Under the pieces are notes generated by a model, which saw nothing but the letters and a program-made list of their open reading frames with translations, was not told the origin of the DNA and ran no database searches. DNA of 58,692 nt from a virus (taxonomy: Duplodnaviria; Caudoviricetes): positions 1 through 58,692 of the IMG/VR virus record IMGVR_UViG_3300034349_000023; one strand, given 5' to 3'. The first letter of the stretch is position 1. Every line of letters starts with the position of its first letter. Shown here piece by piece: positions 30,076 through 38,989 of this stretch. Made by a program: the position numbers and the translations under genes.

Positions 30076-30235
30076 CCCCACCCAATGGTCCGGACCGGGG
30101 GTTTACACCCCATCCCGGTTCCAGACCATTGGCTGTGAGGCGATGGGAACGGCAGAACCCCCACCCAATGGTCCGGACTTTACTACCGGCCAATGGTTTC
30201 CCAATGGTCCGGGCAAAACCATTGGGACCATTGGC
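30076..30235. repeat. Cluster of seven CCAATGGT/ACCATTGG copies forming hairpins (candidate origin/priming site)
   Basis: Copies at 30082, 30125, 30165, 30190, 30201, 30218 and 30227, immediately downstream of the primase-helicase stop. Confidence 0.75.
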
Positions 30236-32385
30236 TATGTTCTCTTAGGCTTACCCCGGACCTCATTGAAGTCAACAGCCCGTGCGGTGGCCCGTCTGAA
30301 TCGGTCGCCTTCGGGAGCCTTTTCGGGTGGGTAGTGCATCCATGGCCGACGACCCCCGCGACCCCCGGGAGATTCCCCCCGCTTCCTGACCACGAACCCC
30401 GCCTCGGCTGCCTCCACCATGAGCTCAACGGCTGCCGGTTTACCCACGGACCTGATTTCTTTCATCTTGGCCCAGAGGGTGGACTCCGACATTCCCCCGT
30501 CACCGTGAGCCTCCACAATGCGGGTGATTTCCTGTACCCATCCATCGGACGCAGCGGTATTTCGCGTCCTACCCCCGAAGCTGTATCGGTGGGTATCAGC
30601 GTCATAGTCAAGGGACGTAGGTTTAAGCGGTTCGCCTCGGCCCTGTACCTGAAGATACCGCACATCGCTGTTGTCCATCGTCATGACCCATCGGGCATCA
30701 GGCCAGTCATCGATGATGGTAGCCGCACGGGCACGTTCCTTACCGGCTTCCTGTTCAGACCGACCAGTATGCGCGATAAGGAAACATGCATCAACCCCAG
30801 CCTCAGTCTTGATCTCATCAATGGCACCAAATAACTGGGCCATCTCGTCATTCGAGTTCTCGCTGACGCCACACATCCGGGCAAGCTGAGCAATTGAGTC
30901 GATGGTCCACACCTTGACCTCGTTGTCCTTTAGCCAAGTCACCGCCCACCGCCGACCAACCTCGCTAATAAGCGATACCCGGTATCCCCGCAACGAAGCA
31001 ATCACGAGGTTGTCCGTGTTCTTATATCCGGGGGGTCGGATGTACTGATCCACGAGGTAGGTGTGGTCCATCTCGAGATTCCAGTGACCGACCTTCACCC
31101 CACCCGCCGGTACATAGACATCGAAGTGATCTAGAAATTGCACTCCGTCGGCCAAAGCCCGAATCAAAGACCCCGTCAAAAGGTCAGTCTTTCCCGACTT
31201 GTACTGGGCGGTAAGGATGACGTTTCCCCGCGCGGGTGCAATTCCGTGGATGAGGTACGGTTCTGGCTCTTGCGGGTGGTTGAGCGCGTCCGTAAGCGAT
31301 TGTGACACCGTGGGGGGTGGTTGTACCCACCAACGCTCAGACTCCGCCGTGTCAGCGGCCCTGCGGACGTCCCGGCGGAGCAATTCCTTTTCTACGCCCT
31401 CGGCAATGAGGGATGCCCGCATGTCCTCGACGGACATCTCTTCGAAGACATCCCCCGCGTCCTCATCGGCTTCGGTGTCTTCGTCCATCGCCGGAGACTT
31501 GGCCCGGTCGTATGCGAGACGTTTGTCTACATCCCGGTGCACGTCGTAGCCATTCTCGTCCGCAGCCTTGCTGAGGGCGGGGGGGAACTTGTCCATCAGG
31601 GAGTGGATGACGTCCCCATCGAATCCCCTCCGGTGTAGATCCCCGGTAACGGCCCACACCGCCTTGTACCTCGACCCATAGCGGGCCTCAGCTTGGGACA
31701 CGTCCATCTCGATCAAAGCCCGTACTCTTCGAGGCAACCCTTCGACCTCGACGAAGTCCCACTCGGTGGCCTCGGCCTCCACGGGGACCTTTGCGTCACG
31801 GAACACCCGCATCTTCAGCAATGACGCCTTGGTGACCTTGCGACCGTTGCCCCGGTTGCTGTTCTTCACCGGAGACCCCGCGTCGGTCTTCCAGTTGGTG
31901 GTGCCGGGGAGTCGGAGCAATGAGTTGTCGGCCTGTTTGTTGTCTGCCAGCAAGTAATCCCGCAGGCCGGTGTTTAGCTTGATGAACTCTTCGTGTGGTA
32001 CCGGCGTGGTTAGCTCCACATAGACGTGCGCGTTGTCGCCGGTCCCTGAGTCGATAACCTCGGTGCCTACCTGAGCGATCCGGCGCTTGACCTCAGCCAC
32101 CCGGTCCGCTGGAATGGTCTGCCAGTCGACATCGGCCCACAGCCACCGGCTGGGGTGCATGTCCCCCTTCTTGCGCGTGTGGGCATCTCGGCGCAATGCG
32201 GGGCAGATGAAGATGTTCGCGTCCTGGTGTACCTCGGCCCAACCGAGAAGTTTACCCTTTTCCGAGGGCCAGGAGAACTGGTGTTCCTGCCAGCTCTGGT
32301 CCCGGTCCTTATACGCAACGGCGACATGGCCCTGCCGGTCACCGAAAAGCCTATCCAAGTACTGCCCAGCAGCACGGTTATCCAC
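30235..32385 (-). CDS. DNA primase-helicase (RepB-like primase plus RecA-like AAA helicase)
   Basis: WLWADVD...AHVYV...LLRLPGTTNWK primase motifs; Walker A AQYKSGKT, Walker B WTIDS, LIAHTGR. Confidence 0.9.
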   Translation of the reverse strand: MDNRAAGQYLDRLFGDRQGHVAVAYKDRDQSWQEHQFSWPSEKGKLLGWAEVHQDANIFICPALRRDAHTRKKGDMHPSRWLWADVDWQTIPADRVAEVKRRIAQVGTEVIDSGTGDNAHVYVELTTPVPHEEFIKLNTGLRDYLLADNKQADNSLLRLPGTTNWKTDAGSPVKNSNRGNGRKVTKASLLKMRVFRDAKVPVEAEATEWDFVEVEGLPRRVRALIEMDVSQAEARYGSRYKAVWAVTGDLHRRGFDGDVIHSLMDKFPPALSKAADENGYDVHRDVDKRLAYDRAKSPAMDEDTEADEDAGDVFEEMSVEDMRASLIAEGVEKELLRRDVRRAADTAESERWWVQPPPTVSQSLTDALNHPQEPEPYLIHGIAPARGNVILTAQYKSGKTDLLTGSLIRALADGVQFLDHFDVYVPAGGVKVGHWNLEMDHTYLVDQYIRPPGYKNTDNLVIASLRGYRVSLISEVGRRWAVTWLKDNEVKVWTIDSIAQLARMCGVSENSNDEMAQLFGAIDEIKTEAGVDACFLIAHTGRSEQEAGKERARAATIIDDWPDARWVMTMDNSDVRYLQVQGRGEPLKPTSLDYDADTHRYSFGGRTRNTAASDGWVQEITRIVEAHGDGGMSESTLWAKMKEIRSVGKPAAVELMVEAAEAGFVVRKRGESPGGRGGRRPWMHYPPEKAPEGDRFRRATARAVDFNEVRGKPKRT

Positions 32386-32393
32386 GGTGGTTC

Positions 32394-32573
32394 CTAGCTC
32401 TCGGTCAGTCCAGCGAGTGATTGGGCCTTCACTTCGTCACGCGTTAGTGCTTCGACTTCCTGGCGGATCAATTCCCGCACACGGGCAGACCGTGCACCCC
32501 GCATGTAGAATTCCTGAAACGCTTCCCAATCCCGCTCGTCCATGTGCAAGAGCACAGGCTTATATTGCGACAT
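32394..32573 (-). CDS. Ribbon-helix-helix DNA-binding protein
   Basis: PVLLHMDERDWEAF...RSARVRELIRQEV; sits at the divergent promoter junction. Confidence 0.65.
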   Translation of the reverse strand: MSQYKPVLLHMDERDWEAFQEFYMRGARSARVRELIRQEVEALTRDEVKAQSLAGLTES

Positions 32574-32683
32574 CCGGCCACCTCTCACTGATATAACGGG
32601 GGTGGTAATCATGGCACGGGCTCATTTCCCGGGCTCATGGAGCCTATGACACAATCCATGCTCCGGCCAATGGAAGGAAAAGC

Positions 32684-33256
32684 ATGCCCAGCAACATACC
32701 CACCATGAGGGCGCTGATGGATGACCCCATCTTCCGCGCGTACATGAAAACGGCTCCACGTCGTCTCCACGCCCATCAGAACGGCAACCCTTGGCGGGTG
32801 TGGGTGAACCGGGGAAACGGGCGCTGGGCGACCGCTGAGTACCCTTCGTACGCGGACGCGTGGCGTATGTTCGTCCCCCAGTACCGGCGGTCGGCTGAGG
32901 ACGGTCGGGATGTCACGATCGTGAGCAAGCGGACGTTCTACGCACCCCCGGGCGAGTGGTACCGCGTGAAGGTGCGCCACCCGCGCAGGCCGACACCGGA
33001 CAACCCCGCCACGTCTAAGGTGGTGGTTGAGACCCGTTGGCGGCAGAAGTTCTTCTGGGATTCCGTCGACCTGCACTGGTGCGGGCGCTGTCGTCGGCCG
33101 GTGTATTGGATGCCCCTGTTCCCCGATCACCACGCCCTACGAAAGGCTCCCGCGTACACGGACGAGGACAACTACCGGTGTCAGATCTGCGGCATTCGGT
33201 GGATCGCTACCCCGGGTATCGACCAGATGACACGCGTGGAGGCGCGGCCGGTATGA
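32684..33256 (+). CDS. Hypothetical protein with two CxxC pairs
   Basis: WCGRCRRP...CQICG; GAAGGA RBS. Confidence 0.75.
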   Translation: MPSNIPTMRALMDDPIFRAYMKTAPRRLHAHQNGNPWRVWVNRGNGRWATAEYPSYADAWRMFVPQYRRSAEDGRDVTIVSKRTFYAPPGEWYRVKVRHPRRPTPDNPATSKVVVETRWRQKFFWDSVDLHWCGRCRRPVYWMPLFPDHHALRKAPAYTDEDNYRCQICGIRWIATPGIDQMTRVEARPV

Positions 33257-33585
33257 AGCCACACTTCAACCCCGACAACCACGATGAGTCGGAGTGTCGG
33301 CAGTGGTGCAAGGTCCATTGGTACTACGACTTCGAAACGGGGCAACACGCGCCCTATGGTCGTGAATTCTTCTTCCAGATCGGTCCCCCGGTGAACGGGC
33401 ATAAGCAATGGGGTCGGGCCTGGGTGCACTGCGGTCCCCCGGGGTTCTACCCCAAGCGGCCCTTGGCTAACGAGTGGGCACAGATCCAGATGGAATGCCC
33501 ACACGAACAGGCCGACCTCACGTGCAACACCTGCCTCCGGCACACGTTCCGACCGCATGAGATGAGGGGTAATGAAATTCGGTGA
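33253..33585 (+). CDS. Cys/His-rich hypothetical protein
   Basis: Coupled ATGA start. Confidence 0.6.
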   Translation: MKPHFNPDNHDESECRQWCKVHWYYDFETGQHAPYGREFFFQIGPPVNGHKQWGRAWVHCGPPGFYPKRPLANEWAQIQMECPHEQADLTCNTCLRHTFRPHEMRGNEIR

Positions 33586-33817
33586 CCTGAAGTCCGGGGA
33601 CCGGGTAAGCCTGGCAGGATATAACTCCGTTATCCTCGCCATTGAGAAGCCACACCCACTGAACCCGGCGTTCTGGTTGATTGTGTTCTACATCTTCGAA
33701 GAAAAGCGGTTGTCGTTCGATATGCTCTCCCCGGCATTCGACCTGATCCCCGGGACCAGTGTCAGCCAGGACGGGTTGTATTCGTACCGCAAGGCAATGG
33801 ACGAACTCCGGCCGTGA
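33572..33817 (+). CDS. Hypothetical protein
   Basis: GAGGGG RBS; stop overlaps the helicase start. Confidence 0.65.
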   Translation: MKFGDLKSGDRVSLAGYNSVILAIEKPHPLNPAFWLIVFYIFEEKRLSFDMLSPAFDLIPGTSVSQDGLYSYRKAMDELRP

Positions 33818-35337
33818 AATACCCGTTCAAGACCAAGCCGTACAAACACCAGATCGAGGGCATCAAGTTCGCCTTCGGCCAGTTCAACCGGAACCTCGGC
33901 GCGGCGCTGTTGTTCGAGCCTCGGACGGGGAAGACCAAGACAGCGATCGACATCGCTGCCATCCTCGCGCTGAAGCGGAACATCCGCAAGGTGGTCGTGA
34001 TTGCCCCCAACCGCGTTCTGGGGACCTGGGCTAAGGAATTCCACACCCACTGCCCGCTGGTGTACGAACTCGTCGTGTGGGACGCCTCAGAGCGCCGGAA
34101 GGGGGTTATCCGCCAGCCCATGGGCCATGTTGACCTCATGGTGCTGGTGACCAACTACGAGACGTTCGCTACCCCCGGGCGCAAGCTTCCCTCGGGGAGA
34201 AGGTCCCGGACCACTGGCCGGTTCAAGAACCGGGACTTCCTCACCAAGTGGATCGGGGGTGAAGAAGCCCTGATCATCGTCGATGAAAGCCACAAGCTGA
34301 AGAACCCGTCTGGCAAAGCCTCCAACATGATCGTGGGGATGCGCCGGTTCTTCAGCCATCAGCTAATTCTCACGGGTACCCCAATCACCAAGGCACGTCG
34401 AGCGGCAGACATTTACATGCAGTGGCGATTGATCTCGCCAGACCGATTCTCGCGATGGGGTGCGACGTATGAAGACTTCCGACTCCACACCGGAAGATGG
34501 ATCGACAGCAACGGGTTCCCTCAATGGGTTGGCCCTAAAGAGCGAGGTCTTGCAGACCTTCAACGAGGTCTTCACCAAGATGGCCTCGTCATTAAGCGGG
34601 CTGAATGCTTCGATCTCCCCGCTACTCTCCCAGATCGCATTATCCCTGTCCCTCTCAAAGCTTCCGCCAAGCATTACGACGAGATGGCAGAGCTATTCAT
34701 CACCGAGCTTGAGAACGGAGACATTGCCGAGGCATCGATCCCCCTCGTGGTTACTCTCCGCCTCGCCCAGATCACTTCCGGCCACGTTGGGATTGTTGAA
34801 CCTCACCCCACGAACCCGAACAAACAAGTCTCACGATCGGTTCGTGTGGGCCGAGAAAAGATCGAGGCATTGAGGGAAATCTTCCTCGAGGAAACGATCG
34901 AGAAGGAAGAGCCCACGATCGTCGTCGCCCGGTGGAAGGCTGACCTCGACGACATCCACGCGCTCTGTGTAGCCATGAAAATCCCGGTGGTGTCCATCCG
35001 GGGCGGCATGTCCCGTGACTCGACTGACGACGCTCTGAGGATGTTCGCAAGGCGGTCCGGCGAAGCATCGGTCATGCTGGTGCAACCCCAGGCGGGTGGT
35101 GTAGGCCTGGACATGCGGACCGCCGGTCACACGATCTGGTACTCCCTCACCAGTTCGTACGTCGACTTCGTGCAGATGAAGGATCGCAACGCGCTACACC
35201 ACAATGCAGTTCAGCACACATTCCTCATCGCACCGGGCACGGTTGATCAGCTTTTGTACGACACTCTCCAGGCTGATGGTGACGTGACGAAGCGGATTCT
35301 CAAGCGACCCAGCGTTCTACGGCGCACGGCTAAATGA
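33814..35337 (+). CDS. SNF2-family (SF2) DNA helicase
   Basis: EPRTGKTK, IIVDESH, LILTGTP and QAGGVGLDM motifs. Confidence 0.9.
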   Translation: MKYPFKTKPYKHQIEGIKFAFGQFNRNLGAALLFEPRTGKTKTAIDIAAILALKRNIRKVVVIAPNRVLGTWAKEFHTHCPLVYELVVWDASERRKGVIRQPMGHVDLMVLVTNYETFATPGRKLPSGRRSRTTGRFKNRDFLTKWIGGEEALIIVDESHKLKNPSGKASNMIVGMRRFFSHQLILTGTPITKARRAADIYMQWRLISPDRFSRWGATYEDFRLHTGRWIDSNGFPQWVGPKERGLADLQRGLHQDGLVIKRAECFDLPATLPDRIIPVPLKASAKHYDEMAELFITELENGDIAEASIPLVVTLRLAQITSGHVGIVEPHPTNPNKQVSRSVRVGREKIEALREIFLEETIEKEEPTIVVARWKADLDDIHALCVAMKIPVVSIRGGMSRDSTDDALRMFARRSGEASVMLVQPQAGGVGLDMRTAGHTIWYSLTSSYVDFVQMKDRNALHHNAVQHTFLIAPGTVDQLLYDTLQADGDVTKRILKRPSVLRRTAK

Positions 35338-35356
35338 AGATCGGTACGGTATCGCC

Positions 35357-35911
35357 ATGCGTAAACACCTCATCGTCGAGGGATTCGACGGAACGGGTAA
35401 GGACACCCTGATAGAAGCCATTCGGGGCCTGTTCCCGGACCACACCCTGCATCCGCGTGCGAGCACCAGCCTGGGTGGTCCGGTCAGCGAGCTGGCTGAC
35501 TGGGTTGACGACGACCTGGCCCATCTGGACCGCGACGACTGCCCCGCGTATATCTACAACCGGCACCCCCTGATCAGCGAGCCGATCTACGGCCCCTATC
35601 GGGAGATCAACCGGGGTGTGGCCAAGAGGTTCGACGACCCGGATTGGCTGGCGAATCGTCGGCGGATCATGGCTGCCAACTCGACCCTTATCATTTGCGA
35701 GCCCCACTTCTCGATCGTGGACGCCACGCTGAAGAGGCAGGGTCGTCAGGCACACATGCCGGGCGTATTCGAGAACCGGCTGACCCTCTACACCGCCTAT
35801 ACCCGGCTCGTGTGGCCCGGTCTGCACATGCGCTACAACTGGACCACCGCCACCCCGGCTGCCCTCGCACGCCTGATCAAAATGGAGAACAGCAACAATG
35901 GTAATCGATGA
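35357..35911 (+). CDS. Thymidylate-kinase-like dNMP kinase
   Basis: P-loop IVEGFDGTGKDT; NRHPLISEPIYG. Confidence 0.85.
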   Translation: MRKHLIVEGFDGTGKDTLIEAIRGLFPDHTLHPRASTSLGGPVSELADWVDDDLAHLDRDDCPAYIYNRHPLISEPIYGPYREINRGVAKRFDDPDWLANRRRIMAANSTLIICEPHFSIVDATLKRQGRQAHMPGVFENRLTLYTAYTRLVWPGLHMRYNWTTATPAALARLIKMENSNNGNR

Positions 35912-36467
35912 CCACGTGATCAACCTCACGATCGACCCCCGACTGACGCACATGCTCGAGATGCAGCGGACGCTTCAGCTCATGTATAACGAGGGGAAGT
36001 CGATCGAGGAATTCACCCCCGAGGAGCGGATGCAGGCCATCCGGGACAACGTGCTGGCCCTCGAGGATGAGCTACACGAAGCTCTCGCGGAGACCGGCTG
36101 GAAGCCCTGGGCATCGTCCAACCACCTGAACACCGAGGCGTTCAAGTCCGAGATGGTGGATGCCTGGCACTTCTTCATGAACCTCATGCTGCATTCCGGC
36201 ATGACAGCCAACGACCTCTATCAGGGGTACGTCAAGAAGAACGCCAAGAACATCCAGCGCCAGGCCGACGGCTACGATGGGGTGACCACTAAGTGCATTC
36301 ATTGCAAACGAGCCTATGATGATGAGGCCGTGGAATGCCTGCCGACCACTCCGGAGGGACCGGCATGGTGTGCGGCATCCAACTGTCACTATGCTTCCGA
36401 TGGAACCAACTTGGACGCTCGTACCCCGGCCCAGGCAACCCGATACAACGAAATGAATTCTCTATGA
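35898..36467 (+). CDS. Dimeric dUTPase / MazG-like nucleotide pyrophosphatase
   Basis: EDELHEAL..TGWKPW...EMVDAWHF...KNAKNIQRQADGY. Confidence 0.85.
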   Translation: MVIDDHVINLTIDPRLTHMLEMQRTLQLMYNEGKSIEEFTPEERMQAIRDNVLALEDELHEALAETGWKPWASSNHLNTEAFKSEMVDAWHFFMNLMLHSGMTANDLYQGYVKKNAKNIQRQADGYDGVTTKCIHCKRAYDDEAVECLPTTPEGPAWCAASNCHYASDGTNLDARTPAQATRYNEMNSL

Positions 36468-37447
36468 TCAACCCCTTTAACTTCCCCGATCCCGTGACCG
36501 CCCACAACCAGATGTGCGAAAGGCTAATCTGGGGGGACAACACCGACGGCATCGACTACGACTGGACGCACGGGACCGAGGTTGGCCTGCACAACGTCGC
36601 GATTCACTGCGACACGATCGATTACAACTACAACCTCAAGAAGTTGTGGGTGCCCTCGACGCGCTGGACCATGATGGTCCGGCAGTACATCGACAAAGGT
36701 GCACTGGAAGACTGCCTCGCCAAGATCGAGGAACGGATGTCCGGCGCATACGCCGGTCGCAAGGGCCGGGGAATCGCGGTCCTGCGCACTCGCCTGGTCC
36801 AGGGGAAGGGCACGGGAAGGGGTGTCAGACGGCGCTGGGGGTCCTGTATGCTGTCGCTGTCATTCCGGGCCAACCCGGAGCCCACGGTGGTTCTACACTC
36901 CCGTACAACGTACTTCGGGTACCTCGCCCTGGTGGACATCACCGTAGCCCAGGCCTTCGCCAAGGAATGCGCCGAGGTGACCGGCATCCCGCTCGAGAAG
37001 ATCCAGTTCGTGTGGTACCTCGAGCTCGCCCAGTTCCACGGCTTCCGGTCCCTCGCGTGGATGCTGACCGATCCGGAGATCAAGGCCGAGATGGATGAAT
37101 CGGTAGACGATCGGCTGTCTTGGTCGGCATACCGGAAGCCAGGTAACCAGGTCGGATGGCGCAAGGCGTTGGACGGCTACGCACGGATCCTGAAGTCGGA
37201 CCGCGCGGGTACGCTGTACGGCGATGAGTCGTTTTCGTCCTTCGCCCGGGTACGTCGTCGGTTCCACACCGAGGTATACGGCACGGAGTATACCAAGCAA
37301 TTCGAGGGTGGTACCCGCAACCGGGGTGGAAAGGCAGGCTTCCCCGTTCTACCCGACCTCTGGACATCCGGGCTGGGCTTGAAGATGCCCCTCGCCGGTC
37401 GTGGTTCAGACATCGAATGGCTCGAGGACGAAGACGAAGAGGAATGA
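36464..37447 (+). CDS. Divergent thymidylate-synthase-fold protein (paralogue 1)
   Basis: GSCMLSLSF (cf. PCH..FQF), HSRTTYFGYLALVD (cf. RSCDVFLGLPFN), FVWYLELAQFH (cf. FVHTLGDAHIY). Confidence 0.6.
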   Translation: MINPFNFPDPVTAHNQMCERLIWGDNTDGIDYDWTHGTEVGLHNVAIHCDTIDYNYNLKKLWVPSTRWTMMVRQYIDKGALEDCLAKIEERMSGAYAGRKGRGIAVLRTRLVQGKGTGRGVRRRWGSCMLSLSFRANPEPTVVLHSRTTYFGYLALVDITVAQAFAKECAEVTGIPLEKIQFVWYLELAQFHGFRSLAWMLTDPEIKAEMDESVDDRLSWSAYRKPGNQVGWRKALDGYARILKSDRAGTLYGDESFSSFARVRRRFHTEVYGTEYTKQFEGGTRNRGGKAGFPVLPDLWTSGLGLKMPLAGRGSDIEWLEDEDEEE

Positions 37448-37647
37448 AAGAACAGGCCATGCTGAAGGGATTCGATCGATTCTCTAGTCGGATTTCCCAG
37501 CGATACGGCGAGGTAAGGGATTGTCTGGCGGCAGGACGGTATGAGGAAGCGCATTCACTTCTCGCCGATATCGCCGTCAGCCATGCCCGGACTTCGCTAT
37601 CCCTCCGTAATCTGTTGGTCAAAGAAGGGCTGTTGAAGGATCGATGA
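37444..37647 (+). CDS. Small helical protein between the two TS-fold genes
   Basis: Coupled ATGA overlaps on both sides. Confidence 0.65.
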   Translation: MKEQAMLKGFDRFSSRISQRYGEVRDCLAAGRYEEAHSLLADIAVSHARTSLSLRNLLVKEGLLKDR

Positions 37648-38516
37648 ACGTCTACCGGATTCACAAAGACCCGCGTCCGGCGTACCTCATGTTGGTGTCG
37701 GACTTGCTCGAGACCAAGCCGATCCACACGGGCGAGTGGCAGGCGATGAAGACGGAGGGTTCCCCGGCACACGCTACCCACGAGCTCGAGGACGTGTCGC
37801 TGGTGTGGGACGAGATCCCGCAGACGGCAGGCGGGGTGCACAACATCATCCCTGCCATCGATTCGACCTGGGCAACCGCACACTTCGGGGAACGTGTCTC
37901 CGGCACCCCGATGAACCCCGCCCCCAGCCACCTCGAGTGGCCGTACGCGGTCGGAGGCAACGGTCGGCACATGGCCCAGAACAAGTTCGACCACACCTAC
38001 CCGGAGCGGTTCTGGCCGAAGCATGCTGGTCATTATCACGACTTCAACAAGCTAGTCGGGATCGACGAGGAATGTGGGGGTACCGCCGGTATCCGATTCC
38101 ACTACGGAGACCTCGGTGACGTGGTGAGTCTTCTCATCCGGTCACCCCTCACGCGCCAGGCATACCTGCCCGTGTGGTTCCCCGAGGACACCGGGGCGGG
38201 GCTGGCCACGTACGACAACCAGCAAATCCGCGTCCCGTGCACCCTGGGCTATCACTTCATGCAGCGGCACGGCCGATTGTCCTGCCGGTATTACATCCGG
38301 TCATGTGACGCCTACCGGCACCTGTCCAACGACGTGTTCTTCGCGGCTGCCCTCATGCACTGGATCTGCAACGAGATCACCGAGCGGACCGCAGACAACC
38401 AGATGAAGATCCGTCTCCGGCCCGGCAAGCTGATCATGCACATCTCGTCGCTTCACGCATTCGTCGGCGACGAGGCCAAGCTCAAGGCCCGTATCGAGGC
38501 GGTGTCAGCGGAATGA
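37644..38516 (+). CDS. Thymidylate synthase / dCMP hydroxymethylase family protein (paralogue 2)
   Basis: TRQAYLPVW, VPCTLGYHF, IRSCDAYRHLSND, GKLIMHISSLHAF. Confidence 0.9.
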   Translation: MNVYRIHKDPRPAYLMLVSDLLETKPIHTGEWQAMKTEGSPAHATHELEDVSLVWDEIPQTAGGVHNIIPAIDSTWATAHFGERVSGTPMNPAPSHLEWPYAVGGNGRHMAQNKFDHTYPERFWPKHAGHYHDFNKLVGIDEECGGTAGIRFHYGDLGDVVSLLIRSPLTRQAYLPVWFPEDTGAGLATYDNQQIRVPCTLGYHFMQRHGRLSCRYYIRSCDAYRHLSNDVFFAAALMHWICNEITERTADNQMKIRLRPGKLIMHISSLHAFVGDEAKLKARIEAVSAE

Positions 38517-38989
38517 CCAGACCATCCATTGACGCTACCCTGATGGCTATCGCCCGGGTGTGGGAAGACCGCAGCACGTGCAGTCGGAACCACGTCGGTT
38601 CGGTGATCGCCTCGAGTACGGGCCGGATCATCGGATCTGGCTACAACGGAGCACCAACGGGGATGCCGCACTGCGAGCATATCGAGATGCAGTGGAATCT
38701 CCCCGCCACCCCGCCACCCCCGCACATCTTCCCGCTGGCACCCGCCAACCGAAAGGGATGTGTGATCAGCATCCACGCAGAGGCAAACGCCATTGCCTAT
38801 TGCGCGCGTGACGGGATCAGCATCCAGGGCGCGACGATCTACAGCACCCTCAGTCCGTGCTACCCGTGCTCCCAGCTGATCATCGCTGCGGGACTCAGCC
38901 GAGTGGTGTATCTTCGGGAATACCGCGATCGGGACGGACTCGGTCTTCTCCAAGCGGCCGGAGTCAAAGTGGATAGACTGGATAAATGA
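38513..38989 (+). CDS. dCMP deaminase
   Basis: RSTC, GYNGAP, HAEANA and SPCYPC motifs. Confidence 0.95.
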   Translation: MTRPSIDATLMAIARVWEDRSTCSRNHVGSVIASSTGRIIGSGYNGAPTGMPHCEHIEMQWNLPATPPPPHIFPLAPANRKGCVISIHAEANAIAYCARDGISIQGATIYSTLSPCYPCSQLIIAAGLSRVVYLREYRDRDGLGLLQAAGVKVDRLDK

